Shown one piece after another: positions 33,857 to 42,803 of a DNA stretch of 64,000 nucleotides (position 1 is its first letter; each line of letters opens with the position of its first letter). A program made the translations under genes and the position numbers. The notes below the pieces were generated by a model. The model made no database searches and had not been told where the DNA came from. It saw only the letters and a program-made list of their open reading frames with translations. The DNA is taken from IMG/VR virus record IMGVR_UViG_3300045988_173425, positions 36,970 to 100,969 of that record. One strand, written 5' to 3'. The stretch comes from a virus.

Positions 33857-33864
33857 TAAATTTG
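33857..33864 (+). promoter_or_regulatory. Bacteroidetes-type -7 promoter element (TAnnTTTG)
   Basis: TAAATTTG lies 24 nt upstream of ATG 33888 in an AT-rich 37-nt gap. Confidence 0.35.
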
Positions 33865-33887
33865 TAAATTCATAAAATAATAGAAAT

Positions 33888-35648
33888 ATGCCTACTTTTA
33901 TTGACATGTCTGCGTTGACGCTGAAGTCTTCGGCCAGCGGACAAGAAGAAATTCAGGTTTCTGAGTCCAACAAGATCAACACAAGCCAGATTGCGGCGTT
34001 GACGTTTTCGCAAGATCCGTCGCTTGGCAATTTGCCCATTTCCAGCAATTTTACATACGGCAATAGCAAGGTAAAACTTTGGAATATGCTCAGACTACTG
34101 ACCGCAGCGGCGAATATCGGACGTCTGCGTATCGTGTCAGGGAATCCCGCGTCAGGCGCATCAGGAAAACCTGAAATGGCGTTTATTGTCAATATACTCC
34201 AAGGAACGAACGCCGAAACCGGAGGCACGAACGGTCTCCAAATTTTCCATCTTACCAACGATTATATTCGCGTCATTCCTTCGTCCAGTGTTGCTATGGC
34301 ATGGTCTACACTCCAGACTCTGACCGACGAAGCAATCATCACGAAACTGCACTCGACCGCTTCTGGCGATTGGGGTGGTCTGGGTGTAACGATGGAGTGG
34401 GCCGGAAGCGGCGGCAGCGCCATGAAATATCTGACGGTTACTGATTTTACCCGCAACACTTTCAGTAATGGCGCGATTGGTGATCTCGCCGTTGGTGAGA
34501 TGTTCACGTTTACAAGCGCCGTTGACGCCGCTAACGGACCCGGTGCGGCTTTGGTAGGTTATGCTGTAAAAGTTTCTGCTTTGTCGGTTAAATATGTCGG
34601 CACTTCTACCTCAATCAATACTTATAGCCGCTCATATCTGTATACTTACCAGTCTACGAGTATTTACAATACGAACTGGTCTATTGTTGGCACCCCCACG
34701 GGAATCGAAGCCTCGGTGTACGAATTCACATACGGCGAAAGTGAAGGCGTGCCCACTGCCGATTTGAAATTCGTCAAGGTTGCCGATATCTTCCGTATGA
34801 TATTCAGTACCCCCGATCAGGCAGACTACGGTCAATTAGATTTTATCCGGTCTCAAGACAACGATAAAACCGATCAATATGTCTTCGTCTGTCCTTCGGT
34901 AGACACCGGCTCGACGTATGGCGGTACGCTACAGCGCATCGCTGTTGACGCAACAACCGGAGCCGTGGATATGACGGGAGTAAGTCTTGCTATTGCAAAC
35001 CAGCCAGCAACAACAATACGGGTGACTAACTTCAACGCCCCTACGAATAATATTATAAAACAGTTGGCCACAGGTCAAGGAGTGATCATATGTACAGCAG
35101 GCTCAACAGTTGGAGGACCTTCAGGCGTTACTGCGCCTTTATACGGTCATTGCTTCAGGAGTTCATCAGGACCTATTATTTACACCTATCTGCTTCAAAC
35201 GGCTGATGGTAGCCGTACTTTCTCTGGCTCGACGAACGGAACTACTGCTCAATGGACAGAACTTGGTGGCGGCGGAGCAGGAGTCGAGCAACTTTTCAGT
35301 GGCGATATTGCGTTAGCTAATGCAGCACCCGAAACATTCAATCTCGGCGGAGAGGTAAGCGACGGCGACCGCCTTATGATTGTTTATAACTTTATATCGA
35401 GCGATCATACCATGATCGGAAGCAAACAAGGACGGAGCATAATTTGGGTCAGCACCAGCGGCACTGAAGACCTAACCGTAGAAGCGCTTAATTACAATAC
35501 CCAAGGAGACGTTACGAGGTTAGTTGGCTTTAATCTGATGTTGTCGGCTTCGGGAAGCATACTCAATATGGAAGCGACAGGAGATGTTGACACAGTCATT
35601 GAGGCTTTCCATGTCGTAGGTATATACAGGCTATCTAAATCGCTGTAA
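33888..35648 (+). CDS. fibre-like / receptor-binding-type structural protein with switchable C-terminus (current orientation)
   Basis: 586 aa, rich in Ser/Thr/Gly/Ala. The last 123 aa follow the 63-bp inverted repeat (35215-35277). Ends ...VVGIYRLSKSL. The structural role is inferred, not proven. Confidence 0.75.
   Translation: MPTFIDMSALTLKSSASGQEEIQVSESNKINTSQIAALTFSQDPSLGNLPISSNFTYGNSKVKLWNMLRLLTAAANIGRLRIVSGNPASGASGKPEMAFIVNILQGTNAETGGTNGLQIFHLTNDYIRVIPSSSVAMAWSTLQTLTDEAIITKLHSTASGDWGGLGVTMEWAGSGGSAMKYLTVTDFTRNTFSNGAIGDLAVGEMFTFTSAVDAANGPGAALVGYAVKVSALSVKYVGTSTSINTYSRSYLYTYQSTSIYNTNWSIVGTPTGIEASVYEFTYGESEGVPTADLKFVKVADIFRMIFSTPDQADYGQLDFIRSQDNDKTDQYVFVCPSVDTGSTYGGTLQRIAVDATTGAVDMTGVSLAIANQPATTIRVTNFNAPTNNIIKQLATGQGVIICTAGSTVGGPSGVTAPLYGHCFRSSSGPIIYTYLLQTADGSRTFSGSTNGTTAQWTELGGGGAGVEQLFSGDIALANAAPETFNLGGEVSDGDRLMIVYNFISSDHTMIGSKQGRSIIWVSTSGTEDLTVEALNYNTQGDVTRLVGFNLMLSASGSILNMEATGDVDTVIEAFHVVGIYRLSKSL
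35215..35277. repeat. left arm of a perfect 63-bp inverted repeat
   Basis: GTACTTTCTCTGGCTCGACGAACGGAACTACTGCTCAATGGACAGAACTTGGTGGCGGCGGAG is the exact reverse complement of 36412-36474. The flanking bases differ on both sides. Confidence 0.97.
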
Positions 35649-36411
35649 GTAAAAGCCCCTCGAAATGAGGGGCTCTTCTATTAATTAGCCTTGAAATATA
35701 TCCCTTTTATTTGGATAATATCCGATACGTCTGACAAGTTGTTCGATTGCACGACAACGTTCATGCCTTGAACGCCGTTGGCTCCGGTGATAACCGACGA
35801 ACAGATAAGTTTGATAGAACCCGGAACCGAGTTACTACCCAGATATGTCGAGCATATCTCAAACAATACCCCTTGTCCGGTTCCATTAATAGCCGCGACC
35901 GTGAGAGGCACCGGGAACTTAATAGCAGCCGTTGCAGCAGGGCTGGACTGGATGGTCGCTTCGATAAGTATTTTCGCGGTGGTAGGTATCTCCTGATTGA
36001 AATTAATAACCCCACTCGTTCCGGATGGTCCTACGGCACTACTCCACGAACTTACAATCCGTTTCCAGCCGGGGAAGATTTCACTTGAGCCGCTCGATGA
36101 TAAATCGTACTTTTTCTCTTCTAAGACATCCCCTGCGCTGTTCAACAGTATTTGATACCAGATGCCCGAAAGGAAATTATCCTCCTGAAAGACATTAAGG
36201 GTTACCACATAACCGTCGTCGGAGGAAATAGTACCGTCGTCTACCTTTTGAACATTTCCGACCAAAGTACAATTCGATGGGACATCCGCAGGTAATCCAG
36301 CTACTCCCGCCGGGTCGTATATGATGACAGGATAAATTTGCCCTAACTCCTTCCATGTAACAGAAGTGACGGCTTTGGAGATGCTTTCGGCATCCGAGAT
36401 CATGATGACGC
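35278..36411. other. putative invertible segment (1134 bp) carrying two alternative C-terminal cassettes
   Basis: Bounded by the 63-bp inverted repeat. Contains the 3' end of 33888-35648, a bidirectional hairpin terminator, and the body of the only minus-strand ORF. Confidence 0.6.
35654..35674. terminator. bidirectional terminator hairpin between the convergent cassettes
   Basis: AGCCCCTC-GAAAT-GAGGGGCT, flanked by A-run/T-rich sequence on both sides. Lies 6 nt after the + stop and 7 nt after the - stop. Confidence 0.7.
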
Positions 36412-36490
36412 CTCCGCCGCCACCAAGTTCTGTCCATTGAGCAGTAGTTCCGTTCGTCGAGCCAGAGAAAGTACCAACGCGATTCGCCAT
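35681..36490 (-). CDS. alternative C-terminal cassette of the fibre-like protein (also has its own ATG; 269 aa)
   Basis: The only minus-strand gene. Residues 6-27 (GTFSGSTNGTTAQWTELGGGG) are encoded by the right repeat arm in the same codon phase as in 33888-35648. Ends ...IQIKGIYFKAN, similar to the + cassette end. Confidence 0.7.
   Translation of the reverse strand: MANRVGTFSGSTNGTTAQWTELGGGGGVIMISDAESISKAVTSVTWKELGQIYPVIIYDPAGVAGLPADVPSNCTLVGNVQKVDDGTISSDDGYVVTLNVFQEDNFLSGIWYQILLNSAGDVLEEKKYDLSSSGSSEIFPGWKRIVSSWSSAVGPSGTSGVINFNQEIPTTAKILIEATIQSSPAATAAIKFPVPLTVAAINGTGQGVLFEICSTYLGSNSVPGSIKLICSSVITGANGVQGMNVVVQSNNLSDVSDIIQIKGIYFKAN
36412..36474. repeat. right arm of a perfect 63-bp inverted repeat
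   Basis: Exact reverse complement of 35215-35277. Confidence 0.97.
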
Positions 36491-36526
36491 TACAAGTATA
36501 ACGGTGGTAACAATAGTGCCGTAAAC

Positions 36527-38071
36527 ATGTTTAAGGACGATAAATTCAATTTTTGGTGCCCTATCGAGCCCATAAAGAAGGCTACCGACGAGGAAACAGG
36601 CGAACCTGTTATGCGCATCGGCGGTATTGCTTCAACCGTCGATCAGGATGCTGACGGCGAAACACTCGATCCGTCAGGCTTCGACATCCAGCCCTTGAAG
36701 GAGTCGGGAATGGTCAACTGGCACCATCAGGCCAAGAACTCGCCTGCAGCAATCATCGGCGAACCATCGAAAGTAGAACTGCGCCCCGAGGGTCTTTGGA
36801 TCGAGAGTGATTTGTACGCTTCGTCACCTATGGCTAATGAGGTATATGAGTTAGCCAAAACTCTCGAAGAAAACAGCAAGACACGCCGCTTGGGATATTC
36901 CATCGAAGGCAAGGTTATAAAACGTGCTTCCAACGACAAGAAATCACCCTTATACAACAAGATCGTGAAGGCGGTGATTACAGGCGTTGCTGTAACACAC
37001 ATGCCGAAGAACCCTCACACGTTCGTCAACATCATCAAAGGTCAGGTTGACGCCGATGGTATTGAGGTAGATTTAGAAGAGGAGGACGATAACGCTGAAG
37101 AGCGTGGCGGCAAGACCGAAAAGAAGGCTTTAACTACTGAATCCGGCGCAGCGCTTATGCCTGAATCCGTAGACGGCCAACCGAAGAAAACGTTTTCAAA
37201 ATCTTCCGTCATGGAATGTATCTTCCGCGACATTCCAAATATTACAATACCGAACGCCCAAGAATTGTATACTTTAATCAAAAATATATCGGTTATGAAC
37301 AAACGCAAATCCATCACTTCCGAGGACATCGAGAAGGCATATGACGCTCTGGGGCTTGCTCCTGAGAAGAAAGCCGACAATGCCGAGGACGTGCAGAAGG
37401 GCGATGACGCTGATGGCCAGATGGGGAAGGAAGACGAAACCCACGACGACGAGCCGCGTCACAACGCCGCTAACGCAAAGAACGCCGTTGCAGGCAAGAA
37501 GGAAGAATCTGAGGAAGAGACCGAGGACGACGACGAGGGTTTCGAGGAGTGCGACAAGAACGGCGCCAAGATGAAGAAGGGTGCCGATAACGACATCCTG
37601 AAGGCTATTCATGGTGTTGGAGACGAATTCAAGTCGTACATTCGCGCTACTGCCGTACTGGTGAACGATCTTCGTCAGAAACGCGCTGAAGACGCTAAAC
37701 GTATCGGCGAACTCGAAAACATCATCAAGGGTCAGACCGAGATCATCGAGGGCTTCTCCACCAAATTGGAGCGCTACGGCAGCGAGGTTCCGCGGCCGAA
37801 GTCGCTGCGTTCGGCTACGGTGGTTGATCGTGCCTTCGCGAAGGGAAACGCCGACAACGGTATCGAGAAGGGCGGTAGCGCCACTCGCATTTCGTTGCGT
37901 GAAAACCCGAAAGCCGTTGCGTCGCTGCTCGACCAGGCATCGTTCGCCAAGGGCTACGACAAGGAGTACGGCGATGCGCTTTTGGCGTTTGAGGCACGCC
38001 CCGCTGACGGTCTCCCCAAGAACATTATCGCTCGCCTCAAGGCTGAAACCGGGTACGAGGTAGTAGAGTAA
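36527..38071 (+). CDS. prohead protease (HK97/S78-like) fused to a scaffold-like C-terminal region
   Basis: Start moved to ATG 36527; the track start 36437 is TTG inside the repeat arm. GGIASTVDQDADGETLDPSGF, VNWHHQ (His), LGYSIEGK (Ser). The C-terminal ~330 aa are charged and coiled-coil-like. Immediately precedes the capsid gene. Confidence 0.7.
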   Translation: MFKDDKFNFWCPIEPIKKATDEETGEPVMRIGGIASTVDQDADGETLDPSGFDIQPLKESGMVNWHHQAKNSPAAIIGEPSKVELRPEGLWIESDLYASSPMANEVYELAKTLEENSKTRRLGYSIEGKVIKRASNDKKSPLYNKIVKAVITGVAVTHMPKNPHTFVNIIKGQVDADGIEVDLEEEDDNAEERGGKTEKKALTTESGAALMPESVDGQPKKTFSKSSVMECIFRDIPNITIPNAQELYTLIKNISVMNKRKSITSEDIEKAYDALGLAPEKKADNAEDVQKGDDADGQMGKEDETHDDEPRHNAANAKNAVAGKKEESEEETEDDDEGFEECDKNGAKMKKGADNDILKAIHGVGDEFKSYIRATAVLVNDLRQKRAEDAKRIGELENIIKGQTEIIEGFSTKLERYGSEVPRPKSLRSATVVDRAFAKGNADNGIEKGGSATRISLRENPKAVASLLDQASFAKGYDKEYGDALLAFEARPADGLPKNIIARLKAETGYEVVE

Positions 38072-38109
38072 ACACCCAAACAATTTCCTAACATAATCAA
38101 TTCCAAATC

Positions 38110-39597
38110 ATGGACAGACTTTCTATCAATCTCGCCGACTATGGCATCCAAGCGCGTGGTGCCCAGTACGGCTCGTCCAGTCAGGAAGAGGTCGCTGCGC
38201 TGAACAAAGCCCTCGAAGCAACCGACATCACGGGTCGCCAGACGACGAACCTGACCGATGCCTCGGGTGCTCCGCTGAAGGTGGAGTCGCTGGAGCGTAC
38301 TCTGAAACATCTGACGTTCCGCGAGAGCGACATCGTTCTCTGGAAGAACCTGCCGAAAAAGGCCGCTTACAACACCGTTGAGGAGTACAACCAGCTGGCA
38401 TCGTACGGTGCTGACCGCGGTGGCTTCACCAACGAAGGCGAACTCCCCGACGAGGAAGACTCGATCTACATCCGTCGGGCTCAGCTCGTGAAGTATCTCG
38501 GCGTTACGAAGTCGGTTACGCACCAGATGACCCTCGTCAACACGATGGTGGGCAACATCATGGAGCGCACCATCAAGGACGGCACGCTGTGGATTCTCCG
38601 CAAACTGAACAAGTCGCTGTACTACGGCAACTCGGACATCATCCCGCAGGAGTTCAACGGTCTACTCGCCCAGCAACTGCAGTCTGACGCGTGGAGCGGT
38701 CTGGACGCCTACCTCAATTCGGAGAACGTCATCGACCTTCGCGGTCGCGGCCTGACGGAGGACCCCATCGAGACGGCGGCCAACTCGATCGTCGAGAACT
38801 ACGGCCTCGGCACGGAACTATACGCTCCCCCCGCCGTTCTGTCGGACTTCGTCAAGACGTTCTACGGCAACAAGTTCATCCAGCCCAACACCGCCCAGAC
38901 CAGCGCTGGTATCATGGGTCAGCGCGTTCAGGCCTTCGACTCGCAGTTCGGCCGCATCGGTCTGAATTACGACGTCTTCTTCAAGAAGGCTGCGTTCAAG
39001 GTCGCTGGTGCCCAGTCGACGCATCCCAAGTCGCCTGCCGCTCCCACGTGGGACGCTACCACCCCGGCTGCTGTCGTAGCTGACGTGTCGACCTCGAAGT
39101 TCACTTCGGAGGACGCCGGCAACTACATCTACGCTATCGCCGCCATCAACCGCCACGGCGAGTCGTCGCTGGTGGTCAACGAGACTCCGGTAGCCGTGAC
39201 GGCAGGTTCGGTCGTCGACCTCAAGTTCTCGATCGTGGACAACGCTCACCCGGCTACGGGTTATCGTATCTACCGTTCGAAGAAGGGTGGCGACAAGAAC
39301 AGCAAACTGTACCCGATCTTCGACATCTCGGTGGCTCAGCTGAAACTGGGCTACGCAGGCGCTGCCGGCGACCTGTGCCGCGACAACAACTACTTCCTGC
39401 CCGACTGCGATCAGGCCTTCCTGGTACAGTTCGACAACGAGGTGATTGAGTTCGCCCAGCTGGCCCCGCTGATGAAGATGGACCTGGCGATTCTGTCGCC
39501 TGCGTACCGCTTCATGGTGCTGCTGTACGGTACGCCGTTCCTGTACGCGCCGAAGAAACTGGTTCGTCTGATCAACATCGGACGCGCCGCCAACTAA
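38110..39597 (+). CDS. major capsid protein
   Basis: 495-aa ORF directly after the protease/scaffold, with strongly biased codon use and a strong terminator after it. Assignment rests mainly on synteny. Confidence 0.7.
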   Translation: MDRLSINLADYGIQARGAQYGSSSQEEVAALNKALEATDITGRQTTNLTDASGAPLKVESLERTLKHLTFRESDIVLWKNLPKKAAYNTVEEYNQLASYGADRGGFTNEGELPDEEDSIYIRRAQLVKYLGVTKSVTHQMTLVNTMVGNIMERTIKDGTLWILRKLNKSLYYGNSDIIPQEFNGLLAQQLQSDAWSGLDAYLNSENVIDLRGRGLTEDPIETAANSIVENYGLGTELYAPPAVLSDFVKTFYGNKFIQPNTAQTSAGIMGQRVQAFDSQFGRIGLNYDVFFKKAAFKVAGAQSTHPKSPAAPTWDATTPAAVVADVSTSKFTSEDAGNYIYAIAAINRHGESSLVVNETPVAVTAGSVVDLKFSIVDNAHPATGYRIYRSKKGGDKNSKLYPIFDISVAQLKLGYAGAAGDLCRDNNYFLPDCDQAFLVQFDNEVIEFAQLAPLMKMDLAILSPAYRFMVLLYGTPFLYAPKKLVRLINIGRAAN

Positions 39598-39619
39598 CGA
39601 AACAATCGTTCAACCGAGA

Positions 39620-39653
39620 AGCAGGGGCGGGGGTAGCCCCGCTCCTGCTTTTC
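39620..39653 (+). terminator. rho-independent terminator after the capsid gene
   Basis: A ~13-bp GC-rich stem AGCAGGGGCGGGG / CCCCGCTCCTGCT followed by TTTT. Confidence 0.75.
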
Positions 39654-39668
39654 ATTAAATCGTAAGCA

Positions 39669-40052
39669 ATGAAACTGAAAACCAACAATGCGTCCCTTTA
39701 CGGTTCGCGCCTTACCGTCCCCGTTGACGGCACAATCCAAATCGACCGCAACGGTGAGATCAACGTATCTGAAGCCTGCGCCCGCCATCTGCTGACGCTC
39801 CCCGAGTGGGTAGCAGCCGGAAAAGACAAGGCAAAGAACGCCGACCCCGAGCCGGAGGCTGAACCTGAAGAGGCCGATCAGAACAAGGCCGTCATCGATC
39901 AGATTCGCGCCATGTCGCTCGAAGAAATGATCGAGACCGCTGCCGAGGCTGGTTACCCCGAGGACGAGTACAAGAAGTTCGTAAAGAACGCCAAATTGAT
40001 GGCAGCCTATCTGGTGAAGAAATACAAGGCCGCTGTCGCCGCTGAGGAGTAG
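39669..40052 (+). CDS. hypothetical protein (127 aa), head-associated by position
   Basis: ATG ORF. Acidic linker and a helical C-terminus. Confidence 0.65.
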   Translation: MKLKTNNASLYGSRLTVPVDGTIQIDRNGEINVSEACARHLLTLPEWVAAGKDKAKNADPEPEAEPEEADQNKAVIDQIRAMSLEEMIETAAEAGYPEDEYKKFVKNAKLMAAYLVKKYKAAVAAEE

Positions 40053-40092
40053 TTTCCTCGTCTAACCGTTACGACTCGCAAAACAGACCAAA

Positions 40093-40887
40093 ATGACTCT
40101 TCAATTAGACATCCTCTATAACAAGAACGAAGGCCTCGTCATAAGCCCTTCGGAGTTGGCCGAAAACTACCTTTTTGGCATTCCGATGTGCGCTCCTGAC
40201 GGCCAGCGTGTCGCCGAGTCCTCCATCAAGACCCAGATCAAGGTGGCGCAGACACAGGTTGAAAACCTACTGTCGATAAAACTCAAAAGGCAGGTTATTG
40301 AGGAAAGCCGCGATTACATTCGCGAAGAGTGGAACAACTGGGGCTTCATTCGTGCGATGTACCCTGTGGTGTGTATACGTTCGTTGTGCGGTTTCATCAA
40401 CTCTGTTATGCAGACCCGCTACCCATCGGAGTGGCTTTCTATCAAGAAGATCGCTTCAGTAGCCGTGTATCGTAACATTTCGCTGATCCCTAATTCCGGT
40501 TCTGGAAAAGGGGCTATCATGACGCAGAATTCGTATGTATACAACGGCATTGCTCCCAATTTAGGGTGGTTTGGTCAAAAGTACATCCCCAACTACTGGC
40601 GGCTGAAATACGTCACCGGATGGAACGAAATACCTGCCGACCTGCTAAACTTCATAGCCAAGGCCGCAGCGTTGAACGTTCTGGCGTTGATAGGCGATGT
40701 ACTGTACGGCGTGGGCATGTCGTCGGTGAGCATTTCACTGGACGGTGTGTCGCAAAACACGCCGTTGACACGTTCGGCCCAAGGCGGTCTATTCGGCGGC
40801 CGCATTAAACTGTATCTGGACGAACTGAATCAACAACTGCCGAATCTCAAGAACCAATACCGCGGTATCGCGTTTGATGTACTGTAA
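40093..40887 (+). CDS. hypothetical virion protein (264 aa), head-tail connector region by position
   Basis: ATG ORF between the capsid and sheath modules. Confidence 0.65.
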   Translation: MTLQLDILYNKNEGLVISPSELAENYLFGIPMCAPDGQRVAESSIKTQIKVAQTQVENLLSIKLKRQVIEESRDYIREEWNNWGFIRAMYPVVCIRSLCGFINSVMQTRYPSEWLSIKKIASVAVYRNISLIPNSGSGKGAIMTQNSYVYNGIAPNLGWFGQKYIPNYWRLKYVTGWNEIPADLLNFIAKAAALNVLALIGDVLYGVGMSSVSISLDGVSQNTPLTRSAQGGLFGGRIKLYLDELNQQLPNLKNQYRGIAFDVL

Positions 40888-41720
40888 TGGCCAAGAAGCA
40901 ATCCATATTGAGCGCGTCTATCGTTGACACCCCACCCGTGAGCCTGACCCCCGCACAACCGGGGCGTCCGGCCGTGGGATGGGACGTGGGGCGTTTCGAA
41001 CGCTTGATATACGACCAAGGATATGATGCCTACATCGACCGCGCTATGCGTTGCCCGTGTGTGGACAAGACCAGCGGTCAGGCTTCGTCAACGTGCCAAA
41101 ACTGCTATGGCCGTGGCTGGTTCTTTGTAAATCGACGTGAAACACGCCTCATAGCCCAGACCATGGGTAACCGCCGTAAGTACGAAGAGTGGAGCGAACT
41201 CAATATCGGCACCGCGGCTATCACGGCTCGTGCTGTTGACCGTATGGGGTTTATGGACCGCGTCGTGCTGTTGGACTTGGAAGGCTATTTCTCTGAAATA
41301 CTCCGTCCGACTATCTACCGCAACGAGCTGTTCGCCTATCCGGTGTATGAACCGCTGGAAATTACCGACATATTCCTTCATGTCGCTGACGGTGAACCGC
41401 TGCGGCCGCTTACTACGGCCGAGTTCCGCGTAGACAAGAACAGGGTCGTTTTCAGCAAGGATTTGATCGGTATGGTAGAAAGTAACGACCCCAACGCAAA
41501 AGCCGGAAATTTGACCGTTTCCGTTCGTTACAAGCACTATCCCGTATACCACATAATCGACGTTGACCGTGAACTGATGCAAGTGCGCGAGGGAAAGCCC
41601 TGCGCTGCGCGACGTGAGGCGTTGACGGCGATGCCTGTAAAGGTTGTTGGCCGTAAGGCTGAATATGTATTCCCGCCTATGCGGTATGGCGATGTTCCTT
41701 ATGACAACACGGTGAAATGA
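40887..41720 (+). CDS. hypothetical virion protein with CPC...CxxC zinc-ribbon-like motif
   Basis: TAATG overlap with the upstream gene. RCPCVDKTSGQASSTCQNCYGRGWF. Confidence 0.65.
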   Translation: MAKKQSILSASIVDTPPVSLTPAQPGRPAVGWDVGRFERLIYDQGYDAYIDRAMRCPCVDKTSGQASSTCQNCYGRGWFFVNRRETRLIAQTMGNRRKYEEWSELNIGTAAITARAVDRMGFMDRVVLLDLEGYFSEILRPTIYRNELFAYPVYEPLEITDIFLHVADGEPLRPLTTAEFRVDKNRVVFSKDLIGMVESNDPNAKAGNLTVSVRYKHYPVYHIIDVDRELMQVREGKPCAARREALTAMPVKVVGRKAEYVFPPMRYGDVPYDNTVK

Positions 41721-42007
41721 AAAAGGTGATTGAAAAGTTCATTGGATGGCTTAATGTCGTCCCCAAGGATAAGTATCAGCATTTTACGCTTGGAGCAATT
41801 ATCGCTTCCGTGGCGTTAATAATCGCTGCGCCTTTGATCGACTGTTGGCGTTGGCTACCTTTGGTGATATCGGTAGTCGCTTTGGTGTCATTGGCCATGG
41901 TGAAGGAATACGCAGTAGATTCGAAGGTTGACGTGAACGACATTCTCTGGACAATGGGCGGTGGATATACGGTTTGGGTGATATTCATTGTATTCATCAA
42001 TGGCTAA
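41717..42007 (+). CDS. VanZ-like small integral membrane protein
   Basis: 96 aa, about 3 TM segments. PKDKYQHFTLG, then KEY....VDVNDILWTMGGG, which follows the VanZ-like DK..HF / E / D...N..G pattern as I recall it. Confidence 0.45.
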   Translation: MKKVIEKFIGWLNVVPKDKYQHFTLGAIIASVALIIAAPLIDCWRWLPLVISVVALVSLAMVKEYAVDSKVDVNDILWTMGGGYTVWVIFIVFING

Positions 42008-42803
42008 ACCAATCAACATAGACGTTACAGGTTTAGGCGCCCAGTTTGGACTCACGCAAGCCCAGATTGACGACCTAACTGAACTCTGTGTTCAAGCCGT
42101 TACTGCTGCTGTATACGCCAACTGGCAGGCGTTGGCCAAACAAGGATTAAATTCAACACGCCCCGAATACCTCCAAAATCTAAACATAATCGATCGCGGC
42201 CGTTTCGCCAAGTCGATTGTCCTCACGGGGGAATTACCAGTGATGCTGGAGGCCGGGGCAACCCCTTTCGACCAAAAGGAATATTTTCAACGGTCATCGA
42301 AGGTCCGCCACACGGTGCCTGTACTGCGCAAGGACGGTACGGTACTGAAACCCGGCGGCGATTGGTATTTGACTGTTCCGTTCCGTCACGGCACGCCGGG
42401 AACGGTTGGTCAGGCAGGATTCTCCGACGAAATGCCGCAAGAGGTTTACGACGTGGTCCGCACGTTTGTTACTGGCCAACGGCTACGCGCTTCGCAGATT
42501 CCTTCACCGTACAACGTACCGACCGAGCGTCGGGCCATTGCCGCTACTGACCGTTCACCAGCGTATGGCGCTTATATTCGCCGACACTCCATCTACGAGG
42601 GCATCACCAAGCAGACAGGAGTTTACGCCCGAACGACTCAAAACATGTACGTCTCATTCCGTCGAGCGTCAAAGAACTCCGACCCGTTGAGTTGGATATT
42701 CCCGGGCCTTACGGCGCGACGCTTCGCCGACAAGGCCATCGACCAGACGGATGTTGAAACAATAGTACACAACGAATCGGTTAATTTCTTAGAGAACCTA
42801 TGA
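42000..42803 (+). CDS. hypothetical virion protein (267 aa)
   Basis: Start set at ATG 42000 (ATGGCTAA overlap with the upstream stop); the track start 41988 is TTG. Confidence 0.65.
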   Translation: MAKPINIDVTGLGAQFGLTQAQIDDLTELCVQAVTAAVYANWQALAKQGLNSTRPEYLQNLNIIDRGRFAKSIVLTGELPVMLEAGATPFDQKEYFQRSSKVRHTVPVLRKDGTVLKPGGDWYLTVPFRHGTPGTVGQAGFSDEMPQEVYDVVRTFVTGQRLRASQIPSPYNVPTERRAIAATDRSPAYGAYIRRHSIYEGITKQTGVYARTTQNMYVSFRRASKNSDPLSWIFPGLTARRFADKAIDQTDVETIVHNESVNFLENL

